This document shows positions 1-12,876 of a DNA stretch of 64,000 bases, in pieces. The translations under genes were made by a program, and so were the position numbers. How positions within the stretch are numbered: the first letter of the stretch is position 1; each line of letters begins with the position of its first letter. The stretch covers positions 80,745 to 144,744 of the forward strand of contig NMRA01000170.1 in the NCBI GenBank assembly GCA_002633005.1, in the 5' to 3' direction. The stretch is from Phoronis australis. Lineage: Eukaryota > Animalia > Phoronida. The notes under the pieces were generated by a model, which had not been told where the DNA came from, ran no database searches, and saw nothing but the letters and a program-made list of their open reading frames with translations.

Positions 1-2575
1 TCAAAAGATGTCCATTACAATTAAATGAAAATTGCAGTCTGTGTGTAAAATGTTTTTTCTTATCAGGTTTTTGGAGTTCATAAAAATGACGTTCATTTCT
101 GAGAACTTGTGGCTGCCATTTTATTGGTGCCTCACTGGGATTTCTTCTGTTCATTACTGTAATTGTTCTGTTTCGAAATCATTGTTGTTCACAGGTCTGG
201 CAATGTTTGTCTTTTAAGTCAGCATTAATTTTCTCTTGCAGCATTGAAAATGTTTGTAACTAAGTCCTAATGGAGTTTTGCCTCGGCCTTGTAATGCTTG
301 TGTAATACGGGTGGTTCCTTGTGTATAATTCTGTGATATTCGGCCATTTTTTATACAGCCATTATGATTTTGCGAACTCGTCATAGATATGTTGATGCAA
401 TTGCGAAACTTTTCGTGCCATAAATGCATTCCATTTTATTCAAATGTCTATATATTCAAAGTGCCTGTGTTTTTGCACTGTCCTGATAGTTTTGTCAATC
501 AAGGGTTTATAAAGCAATTATTCCTGGTCTAAGAATCGGGTCATAATTAAAGTGTCATAATGCTGCCTTTACAAATATGCTTAATATATGCTTGTAGAAT
601 TTTGTTGAACCTGGTGTCTCATTGTCTTGGGGTTAATGGGTTGGGTTACTGAAAAAGGGCGTTTTCTACTGAAATTCTTGGTTTTCCCCAATCATTTTTA
701 TCTGAGGTTGGAAGCAGGCACCTGTGATCTCTTTCAAATTACACTAGAAAGCAAGTCTCAATTGCATTTTCTTAATGAAATTATGCAGAGGCATATCCAT
801 ATTTGATATACTGATACGTGGTCTGTCACGGAAAAAGGTTTTCATATATGAAAGCAATATTTGTATGAAATTAATTCAGAAATAAATGATCTCATGTCCA
901 AACAGAAGAAAAAAGAGTAAAAAGACCGACCAACACAAAGGAAAAAGCTATTTAATGAACGTGGCGTACAAAGTTCAAATATTTTTAGTTTTTAAACTTC
1001 AAATGCTATTCAAGTGGGTAAATAAGTGTTATTGCTTCTCAAATTCTTTAGATTTTGGAAATTCTGGCTGCCCTGCAGTTGTGGCTCCTCAACCAGGTGG
1101 TTATGGTGTTAGTGTGGAAACATTCCAAGTGGTGGCGTGATTGTGAAAGTGTTCCCCAGGTCCAATTCAATTGATGCTGTATTGAAAATGACAGGAACAC
1201 AAATCGTGTCACCATTAATTGTTTGTTTACATAAGTTGCACCATGATAGATAACATTTGAATGATTGTATTGGTCTGATTTTTTATTAATAAAGCACTTT
1301 ATACAGACTTAAATGTTTTTATGACCCATGTATACTGGGCCTTAAAGTAAAGTAGATTTGGCGATCAGCAGGGTTGGAGTACCTTTATGTTGATCACAAC
1401 ACAACATCTGAGTAGAGTTCAACAACGCTATTACTTTGCTAAAAAGCAAGCCTTCGCGAGATGTTGGCGTGTATTTTAAATGAGACCACCATGGTTAATG
1501 CTTGATTTTTTCTCATTGCAAAATGGCTACTGAACTCTGCCCAGCCCTTGTGGGAGGCCTACTTCTAGTCCTACTTTCAGGTATTTCAGTAAAAATTGAA
1601 AGATTCTGAAAGTTTTAACCTTCACTTTCGTCGACCAAGAAGCGTGGAGGAAAGTTTAAAATTGACAAACCAGTGTTGTGCCATCAAAGGGCATGGCGAC
1701 TACAACACAAATACTCTAGGTCATATAAGGCCGAAAGACACTTCGCGTGAAATACACATTACGGTAATTCTTCACTTATTACCACGCAATATTGCGAACA
1801 AGTGAAATTGATTTTTACAAATTTGTCAACCAAAATAAATATTAAGAAATTTTTAGTCACTTTTTAGCTTTTTTGTACTGTGTAGATATAAAATGTCATT
1901 TGGTTCTAAATTTCCGTAATTTGCAGGAATAGAAAAATGACCATTTTTGGGCGAAATAACTGAAGAATTAGAACGCAGTAAATGCACAAAAATTGTTCAC
2001 AGACAGCAATGACTTAGGCACTTATTTACTTACGTACAGTAATTCCTACACTAACATGATTTTCGATGGCATTTCTTACAAAGGTCCGCCGTGCGGACCC
2101 TAGTTGATACAAAAGCCGACCCGTCAGACTTAAGACTACACGTACGAGTCGGATTTTGCGACTTGGCTGGGTTCCGACTATTGCGGTTTTTAGGTCAAAA
2201 TATAGTACAGAAATGGACCGTTCGGTAAACTTTCTCACCAAAAATCAGACAATATTATTCCATTCTACCATGGTTTGTGTTGTACAGGTGTCGTGAAACA
2301 ACATTAATTGCACAGAACCCGAGTGGGTTTGTTGGAGCAAATTTGTTATTATCTATTTAATGTGGATGGTCGTTCTACTGGAATCGTATATTAATAACAA
2401 TCGTTGGACAGTCATGAAATGGTTTCCGAATTTCAATGTTACTGTCATGTTCGTAAACCTACTGGGCATTTTGCTGGAGGACGCCAGTTCGTCGGCGCGT
2501 TGTAATGATGACCGAAAAAGCTTGATAGTGACAATAAACAATTTGTGGTCTTTGTTCATGCGATATACACTCAGG

Positions 2576-5500
2576 TTACCAAATATGGCCTGGAAACACA
2601 GCAGGTTTGCTGGCAATGATGTTTGCTAACGAGTTCATATTGCTTTTTACTCTGCATCTAAATGCCCAAGATGACTCGTGTTGCTTGAGAACTTTTCTCG
2701 GCGGTGGCAAGTATGTCAAATCGTCTACTTCCGTAGAATTTCTCAATGTGTCGGCTTGTGATACTGGAGAGACGTTGCTGCCAGCGAAAAGTTCAAGTCT
2801 GGGTGTCTCTTCGCAACCGTTCTTTAAACTTTTAGTGGACTTGCTCCGTGTCCTGGAAGACACCGGGCCATTGTGTATACTTATGCTCGCTTTTCTTCCC
2901 TGAAAAATAAAGATCATTATTCTTCATGAGTGCTCAATGGTCCATGGCGGCAATAGGTCTAAAACGAATTACTTCAGTTCCTACCCGATACTGGCCTCCA
3001 CAAAGAGAGTACAAATACCAGTCAATAATTTTTTTATTATTTTAAAATCAGACAAGTAGGCCTGTAACCCTTTTTTCTAACATATTGGTAAGAGTTAAGC
3101 TATTAATATTGAGTAGAGGGAAACCAATCTTCAAATTACCCGGGTTTCCAGAACAGACTATTGACTAAGGCAACGAAAATTTTGAATTCCAGAAACGAAA
3201 AACGTTGAAATTTCGAATTGAAAGTTCTCTGAGTAGTTGGACACAGTGATGTAAACAAATCCACGTCTTCACAAGAAATGGACACTCAGTGTATGTGTTC
3301 TGTATGTTTATTAATGATTTATGTATGTGACGGTTGCCTGGGAATGACAACAATATATAATGAAATATAAATGGCAGTGTAACCGTGCGATACTGGAATT
3401 CGTTAATGCGTGCGATACGCAGACATATTCGATAACTAACTTACAATCTGACCAACGATACATTCAGGTTGGAAATGCCCGCAAAACACACCACTCAATA
3501 AATGTTACTGAAGAAAGGATTTATTTGAAATAAAAATGAGTTCAAGAAACGTTGACAACAATTAAGGTTCGCTGACTTTGAAATGTTAATGAATGGATCA
3601 GTTCGGTGATCTTATCGGCGATTTACATGTAAGTTGCGCGTAGTGCAGACCATTTTGGCGAACTGCGGAGAACTGCTGTCGACTTTCCAGAATTCAGTGA
3701 CGTACACATACATACAGTAAGCTAATCTTTTGGATTTATTCAGAACAAAATAATTGAGAATTGATGTTCAAAGACTGTTTTTCATCTAACGGAACTTTTT
3801 CTCAACTGTTTACCCGCATCTCGTGTATAAGTAAACATGCATACAAAGACCATAGGAACGCTTTATGTTACCGTTGATAGCACTCGACATTCAAAAAGAA
3901 TGTCCTTGTGTACACACTTAAAGGTATCGTTTTATCTGAATTGAGCAAACTAAAAGCACAATAGGACTTTCTAGTGAGAGCTTTTTCTTCAAAGGGGTCT
4001 AGCTTTGTTTACATTAGGTAAATTTGCAAAACATCTTTTCAAACAATGTCGTTTTTATTCAATTATATCAATTCTAGATTTGGGGCGATTGAAAATTGGT
4101 GTACTGAATTTATACCAACTCAACACTAAATATAAACCGTTTTTCACGCAAGTTAGTTATCTATTGGAGGCTTATCGATCGAAGGAAATCAGATTTTTTT
4201 TTTACATGTACAAAGAAACCTTAGCAGACGTATCTCGGGAACGATTATCATGTCTGTGTTCACATGTAAACAAAACCCCGTAAACTACTAATACCATCAT
4301 TAAAAAGACATTTCCTCTTCACCGTTAACATGAAAATCGTGAATCGGGCTAATCAACTCTGAGAAACTGGGAATAAAATTTCCTTTGTCACAATAGAAAT
4401 TGGTTTCTTTAGTCATGAATTGATATGAAGCGACCTGATCGCGGGAAGAATAGCCAGTCAGTCGAAATTGGTAAACTTTTCTAAACCTCAAATTACCGTA
4501 CTTACCAATGCGATGAATAGCCTCTCTGAGATTAAATAGCGTTCTCTGTCATGGTACGGAAAATGTTGACACATTTTATGTGGTTATATAATTTGGCTGG
4601 CAATTTCCGTTTTTATGATCCTTTCAAGTATACAGGGGTATAGCAACGGCTCATTTTTTGTCCCCGAAATAAACAGATATGTAGATAACACATCTTAATG
4701 CGAAAAAGCTCAACCTGCAGTGACAGCGCTTTCCTGAAAACATACACATCTGTGCAGCCATGATACCGGCTTCCATGTGTAAGCCGTGTAGATTTAAGAA
4801 CAACCCCACAGTAGTTCTTAATACGCTGTTGCTGAATAAGTTGTAGACAATTTGATGGAGAGTTCTATTCAACATCACTCAGAATCTTGTTTCATACAGA
4901 ATCTCTTTCAAAATTTTAATTGGTCCCAGAGGTTATGCAGACAATGTTATTGTTGACTTTATGTTTTGAACCCTTGGATTATTTAAAATAATCTTATAGA
5001 TTGTCGTCTTGATATTGTGTATAGAAAGTGTTGGTAATGATTATTATACACTTTCGTTTTGAGGCACTCTTTTCAAATCTGGCCATGGTTCAATAGTTGG
5101 GTCTACACAGGCATTTGCGTGACCTTTCCTGAGAGAGAAGAGACCACACTATCAGAAATTCCTGCACTTAAGCGTCTCTTGGTGCCTTCTTTTATCACAG
5201 TTCAATCAAGTTTAGGTGGTATTGAAGTTTGTCAACATTTTTAAATCTCACCAGTACCTTAAAACTAATATATAACTGAAAATTTTGTAAAAATAAAAAT
5301 AAAGACGAAAGTTTACCGAAGGGGGTGTTTTGATAAAAACTGATTTAACGAAAATTGTTTGAAAAAAGCCAAGCACTCAAGATCCTGGTATTAATGAAAA
5401 ATGTAATTTATGAGAGTATAGGTAGTTTCTAAGTTGGAAATGGAATGATAATCTTTTTACGGCACATCATATTTTTACCTCACCGCCAAAATGGACTTCC

Positions 5501-6153
5501 GTTGCCAGGCTACGTTTAAGGTTCTATGATGATTTATTTTATAAAACTCATTCATATTGTGTTGGAACTGGGTCCTATATTATTTCGGTTATTCATTTCT
5601 AGACCATAGGCCCACAGTACAGTTCATTATCATTGACAAGCTTTTTTGAACTACTGTCTGAATGTTATAGCAATGATAACCATTCAACTGTGTTCTAGTC
5701 ACTTACCGTTTGTATGCCTTCAGTTTTAAAAGTGTCACTGCCAGAAGACATTGCTCTCAGTTTCACAGGTGGAAAAAAGCCCGTTATTCCTCTGGATTTT
5801 GAAATTTCCTTTGGCATTTTTATACTGGAGCAGTCGAACTCGACAATCTTAGCCGTTGTTGTAGGCCTTGCTTTGAATCTCTGTACATACTCAGTCGGAG
5901 AATTCGCGGACACGGGTGTGAATCTAGGAGACCTCTGGCAGATCTTGTGAGAATCCATAGCGAATGTTGAGTATAAATGATCCGCTGTATCTGAGCCGTA
6001 CACTGGTGGAATGCTCCGGTGTAACATTAAATTGTCAGCTCGTTGAACGCCTTGTGTCCGCTGGGACAACGGCGAGGTATTATATAGACGAGTCTGTGCT
6101 TGGTTCGAATCAACCACAGCCGTAGCAGTCGGATTAAGCTGTACCGATAACAT
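2576..6153 (-). CDS. Probable uncharacterised protein-coding gene, 2 coding exons (6153-5707, 2899-2576), ~256 aa, basic and Ser/Thr/Pro-rich
   Basis: 149-codon open frame from ATG 6153 (MLSVQLNP...EGIQT) ends in a consensus ACG|GTAAGT donor at 5707/5706. A phase-0 compatible acceptor TTTTTCAG|GGA at 2899 opens 108 codons to a stop (GRKASISIH...SWAFRCRVKSNMNSLANIIASKPAVFPGHIW*). No family recognised; start codon uncertain. Confidence 0.6.
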
Positions 6154-9100
6154 TGTTAATCCGAAATAAATAATGTATACTCTTCCTATCACATTGGGAA
6201 TTCGCTTGGCTTCCTTTAGAATTGAACAGTCGTTGAGAAGGTGATCTAAACGTAATGATACCCGTTTTCTCAATTGCTTCCTCTAGGCTCCTTTGCGCTG
6301 CGTTCTGGAGTGCGGGGAATATTCACCCTTCAGAGAACGATCACAAAGCTATTGTAAGGTTTCACGGGTCATAACAATGTAAATTATAGATCTTGGGTTG
6401 AGCTAGCAACGCTCTTCGAATGCTCTACTTGGCTATTAACGCTCATTCAAACACACATTCGCAAATCAATTTCTTACGTTAGCTCCAGTAACTTAAAGTC
6501 AGCTTCTTGCCTGCCACGGTTACGGCTAAAAGTCAATAACACTTCAGGTACCATGGCGTTTTTCCAATGAAAATCACATTAAACTGTAATATACGAGTCA
6601 CAATGTATTTGTTGGATGGCTGTCAATGAACCATGTTTTCACCAATAACAAAATTTTATTGAGTCAACATGTAAGCCCTATTGTGTGCTCTGTATTGAGA
6701 ATGTATTATCGGTATTTGGAAATGGAGAGACGCCCTATTAAGAAACACTACGTACGCATAAATTAAGAGCTAACGTAGAGAGGAAACCGAACTTTTACGA
6801 TACCGTACTCGCGACACTCGTGTTTAACATAAACAGTATTGGGTCCTTTTTAACTGACGTTTAAATATCAATGTAGGACATCGCTTATCAAAAAGTCTGT
6901 GTACTTACAAAACTATACATTTTGATTGTTACTCAGCAAAACCATGAACAGTATATGAGTGTTTTCACAATGTAGAAATCTTGCCAAATTTGATTGTCTA
7001 CTTCTTGTCAAACTGCCATTCAATTTTTTGGGTCAAGTGGGCATGCATTTTTATTAAAATTGAGCAAAACAGTCAAAACAACTGTACCAATAGCATGATT
7101 AAATTTTGTTTAATAGAAATGTTTAAGGTGAAATCTCCAAGGGAAACGCTGTTTGCAAAGGCACAATAAATTCCATCATTCTTCAGACAGAGAAGACCAT
7201 GTCAGTCGGAAAGAAGTCCCTGTTAAGTTGATATCCGGCAATCTGCTATTTTAGGATGCCAGATGTCCATCAACATTCGAAATATTGATTGATTGATTAA
7301 CTAATTGATTTTACGTAAACTGAGCATACGATAATAATACATTACAATGTAATATAATACAACATACTAATAGAGACAGACATACAAACTAAAATCAATC
7401 AATTTATTTCTGTAATAAATGCCATAGGCCCACTGTACAAGACAACAACATGTAACATACTTAAGAGTGTAGCAAGCTATGAAGGAGACGAAAAGCATAA
7501 AACTCATATTTACTTAGATCAACTAATTTAGCACCATCACTTGTTGACATTAATCTATTAAGGTTGAAAAAAGACGAAAATTCCAGTAGGACACTTCAAT
7601 ATAATTTTCTCTCAGTTCAGAATATTTGTCACAGCTTAGAAGGAGATGGTACTCCATCGTCTTCCACAACACCGAGACAGAAGGGACACACTTTGTTTGC
7701 CCTATCCAAATTTAAGTGCCTGCCTACTTCAATCATGAGACTGTGGCTAAAACAACGAAAACGTGCCATGGACATAGTTTGTACACGGGGTATACTCAAA
7801 CTTTAAATTTTTTCCAATTTTAAATTGATTATAAAAACACAGTTTAGGATTCTCTTAACACCTTTTTTCCATACTTGCAAATAACAATCCCTCGTTGTCT
7901 AAAAATTAGCAGAAAAGTATTTTCACACACAACGCCTTGATTTAACCAAGCTTCGTGGAATCCATTCTTTGACAATATTTCAGGAGTGCCGACCATTTTG
8001 ATATGTTTTGTCAAATAAGACTATTGAAGGTTTACGTGAAAATACATTTAAAATTAAAGGACAGTTGACGTACGAAATGATGACAAGATAAATTACTTTT
8101 TCCATCGTTGTCTGTCCTATGAAAAGAAAGTTAAATATAAAGTAATTAGCTAAACGATGCAGAAATATGTAAATGAGGATATGAACGAATAGATGAATAA
8201 ATACACAAAGGTAAAGAAGAAAATAATTTCATATGAAGACAAATGCAAGTGAACTTGAAAAAGAGTATTATTAATTCCGAATCATCGGTACTGTTTCTTT
8301 TTTACAAGTGCATGTATGAGAACACACGCATACATATAAGTAATGTTTCTGTGTGCTAGTGCAAATTGATTATTGATTATTCATGGTGGACAAAGTTGCA
8401 CGAGACGCAGCTTCATAGCACTGCACGAGTGTGTTGATTATTCATGCGCAGTATTATTGCATTAGAATTGTTAACTGTTGAATCAATCGTGCCGCAATTG
8501 CGGTATTTGTGTTGTAACACGTGGAAACTTGTTGCGGTCAATTTCTTAACAGCTATTTCTGAGGTAAAGAACCTCGTTTAAAGACAAAATAATAGACAGG
8601 CCTTCTCAGTTGAACTTATCGAAAGAAGAATAGCAGGCCTAACCGGTAAGGGCGCTGAACAAAAATGACCGAGCCCTGGCACCAAGGCCCTAACCGGCCC
8701 TGTTGCACAAGATTGGCTAATAATTCAACACCGCGCAGTTACCTCCGAACAAAAAGTGCACTGGACTCCCAAAGAGTAAATTTGATGTTGCATAAGATTT
8801 CCACTAATACTGTAACAGATGTGATCCCCAAATAAAAGTTCACTAGCTGACTACAATAGGCAGTTGAATAATAATGCAATCAAAGGCCGGGGTCTAATAG
8901 TTGTACTCGAAATCGAACTCAGAATATTGTTTTTGATATTTTCTGTTCTACTTTTGCACGAACTCAAGAGAACTGAGTGGCTATTAATATGTGCTTGAGT
9001 ACATTGCGGCATGTGAGTTTCTAGTCTAAGCTAGCACTCACTTGATAACCCTTAGATTCGCGTTACAAACTCGAGTACGGGTCGAGATTTCGAGTAAAAA

Positions 9101-9816
9101 CTCAAAAAAATTTTGAATTCATATTCGGAAATGCTACCCTAGAAGTTAGGCCTAGGGCCCTCTACAGTGCAAACTATGATTAAAAAGTTATCAAAGTAAA
9201 ATAAACTTTAGGTAAACTTTATATGTGGAGAATTTCTCGCTTACACGTGACCGCTCTGATTCCCAGACAACTTACGATGCCTACTCAGCACGCCCTTTGT
9301 ATTGAAGTAGCTCTGAGCTAATGAAGTGGAAAATTAAGGTAATTGTAGCATTACTGTCTCAACAATGGTTGTTGTTAGAACCCCCAATTTGGTTTTCTCT
9401 GACATTTGCGGAGTTATAGCCTGCAACTCTGGAGAGTAGTTTCAACTTGGTACATTATAAATATTACAAAATGACTAAAAAGGTTAACTTGTGTTTATCT
9501 TCACAAAGGGCCACTTCCCAAAGGAACGATAAGTTTGATATTGGTTTTCTTTATTTAATTTTTAATGCTTCAGTCCACTTATTTTTTTTCTTACCGGGAG
9601 CGGGTTGATAACTTTTTATCTAAGTTTTGAACTTGAAGTACCAAAACAGTGGTAGATTTGATCGCCAGCTAAATTAATTAGTTAAGTTCATTGTGAGCCC
9701 ATCCCTAAACTTACCACATTACAGGTACAATAAACATTTCACGTGTCATTAAAGTTTAATCTTTATTAGAACTCAAATCATAACATTTTACCTAAACATC
9801 ATTCAAGAATGAATGG

Positions 9817-9930
9817 ACTCACCAGAGACAGCCCAAGAGTTATTATCTCTGCGGCGAAGGATGTTGCTTGCAGTCACTGGTACGGTGCGCGACTTAAGAC
9901 GCTCTGCGGCTGGGTTTAAGATCTTTTATA
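9817..9930 (-). promoter_or_regulatory. Candidate TATA promoter plus non-coding first exon (~9900-9823)
   Basis: Minus-strand TATAAAAG at 9930-9923, a GC-richer ~80 nt segment starting ~30 nt downstream, then a consensus donor CTG|GTGAGT at 9823/9822. Confidence 0.35.
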
Positions 9931-12876
9931 GGCCTAAGTATCCCCAATTCTCGTACCAGGATGAATTTCGAAATTAGAACTCAAATCATAAAATATTTAC
10001 AGAAGTGCAAATATGGTGATAACCAAACTAAATATTTGGAATCTCTGGACAATTTCGGTGGCACTGACTATATAACTATTCTAGCTCTTTGTCAGTAATA
10101 AAAATGAAAAGTGGGCACAACAACTGATTCCTGGTCAAAAATCTGGTTCAACGATATTGAAAGAATATTAAAAAATGAATCCATGTGATGNTATTGTTAA
10201 CTCTGGTCAACGTTTGTATATCCACCGAGTATATCAATACGCGCGGTAGTTAATGGTTGTAGTTTTTAGATTATTAGTTCATCGATTTTTAAAAATCTAA
10301 AACCGTACTTCGTTGTTTTTTTCCAGCTGAATACCGCCGTGGTGTTCGTTTATAACGAAAATTAGTGGTTAATACATTTTGAAGATTCGCCAGTCAGAGA
10401 TGTCTAATACAGTTTATGGTCGGATAATTACATTTGTAATTGGGTCTTTCTCGCATCGGGCAATGCGGTCTGATTCCCGCATGGTGAAATAACTTGAACT
10501 TATCCACATAAATCATTATGTACTCGAGCATACGATTCTTGAGTTTGCACAAAAGTAGAAGATGTCAAAAGTAATTTCGAGTTCGATTTCGAGCACAAAA
10601 ATTAGATCCAGACTGAGTCCATACTTTAATTGATAGAGGCTAGCACGAATGATCAATTTAGTCCACAATGGCGTTTTCTCAATAGACAAATGTGTGCTTG
10701 TTGTTTGCGTATAATCTGCTAGTATCAGTTCAACCTGTTTCGCCAGCTGGCTGAGAAAGCTAGGAGTCGGTATAACGTCGTAATAATTAGTGCCTTGTCG
10801 TAGCATCGGTAATCCATTGAAACAGGAAGAGATAGTTATCTCTTCCTGATTGAAACAAAATGAGAACTCCGTGATCGTGTGGTTGGTCTTATTTTGGCCA
10901 ACTTAGTCAACACGGTCTGAAAAGAACTGGGAGCCGTTTAATTGTTTAGACCTGTCTCTACACATGTTATGATCATCTCGGGTATTCAGTGAGCATGGTC
11001 TCCAGCAATAACAAACAGTCAGTTCTTAGCAATGGATGACATACTAGGTCAAGCATGACGCAACTTTTTATCAAAATTTAGCTGGAGGCTACTGACCCCT
11101 CTCCCCTACGGACTAGACCAATTGTAGCCACTTTGCCGACGGCCTGGCTAACACTTCCTTCAAAATTATGGTTGAAAATTACAACATCCTAAATCCGCCA
11201 GTACACGAAATAATTGCAATAGGCAGTCTTCATACCAATTTATTTGTATCCTAAATGTGTGCAGAAACTTCGCATTGCGAAAATAAACCGTAAGATTATG
11301 TAGAACCATAGAAAAAAATTCAAATTGAGTAATTTAGGAACATCATATCTATATGAAACTTGTTTCTACCTGCGTTCAAAGAAAACAAAATTTACGCACA
11401 TGCGTTTCAGTGACCAACACGGCACACGCGTATTGCAGGGTGTTCGCGCCCGAGACTTACGGTGTTGAATTAATATGCAAGACCGCAAAATTCTTCTTTA
11501 TTCGACCATAGACTTCACATTGTTTATCGTGGATGCACCGTTTGTATACGCTTTATGCACTGCTGTACGAAAGGGTGACAGTAATTGTTTTTAAAATATT
11601 CTTTTTTTGCACGAGAGTCTATCAAAAACAGGACTTAGTTGAATCACGAAAAATCCACATTGAGAACACCATATTTCAGAAAAGGGCGACCGTATTCTTG
11701 TGAAACTTATAGATACTATTGTTGATGCACTGATCTACAACTAAGCTCCGATAGGAATTGGTTTTAAAATGGCCCTTGTTACTCGAGTTACAGTGCCAAA
11801 AATCGGATTTCTGTGATTTTCATAAAAAACAAAGGTTGTATTAAAAGCGAAATGATTCATTAAGATAACCAAGCTTGAACATTATCAAATAAACTTTGGT
11901 CACGTCTTTGACACCGCTGCTTTGCTAGGATGTTTAAAACCGAACATTTCGTCACTAACGGTTCTGGTTGTTCAATGTTATTCACAGAGGCTCCACGTGA
12001 TCGACCGTCAGCCGGAGGCATTATGGACGATATTTGTCTTGATGCGACTCCACTGTAAACCATGCTGCTTGAATAATTACTAAGCAAGTAAGTACTGTTT
12101 GGAACAACAGAATTAACAAGTTTCAAATATTTTATTAACATGTCTATACAGAGACTGAAAATAATTTTGTTTTCCATCCAACAGCAACAATCAAAGTCCT
12201 AAAACGGATCTCACAAAATTTATTTTCACAATTTAGTTTACTTAACAAAAGTTTACATCAACAAAGTCAACTTACAACCTAAAGGATGCACCAATTTCCA
12301 AACTGGAAACTGAAAACCATGACGATGCAATTAAACAGTACAGGATCACCGGTAATCAAGTACAATACAATACATAAATACAATGGTAAAATAAGTCAAA
12401 ATCAGAAAAGAACAATAAACCAGCATTCCACCAAAGAAACTAGTTAAAAGGATACTAAACCCAGTTTTGACAATTTCAACCAATCTTCGTGCTGTCACCT
12501 CCTAATGTATCATTGCCGCCAATCTCCCAAGTTAAAGGCAGGAATCAACTAAAAACTCATACTCCCTATGTCACAGATTAGACATTATAGTCCTTGGCAG
12601 GAGGTCACTTCCCACAGTTGCCTCACCCCTAAAAGCGTAAGTCATGCTTTCCCATTTAGCAAACTTTGAAAGGAGTTTTCAAAATTTTCTCCAAGCTTTT
12701 GAGGGTTGTTGAGGGTCACAGAGAATTACTGTTTCAGAGAATTGCATGGGTAAGTCGTTTTTAATAGACCAAAACCGGGTTTGGTATCCTTTTAATGAAC
12801 AAGAATACATAATTCTGCTGAAACACTTAATTTCAACACTTCAAGGACTTTGTGCTTTGTCTTATCCCATCATTCT

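Noticed and set aside
1-720. Possible decayed retroelement at the window start
   Set aside because: Strand-biased composition is suggestive, but I found no diagnostic motif.
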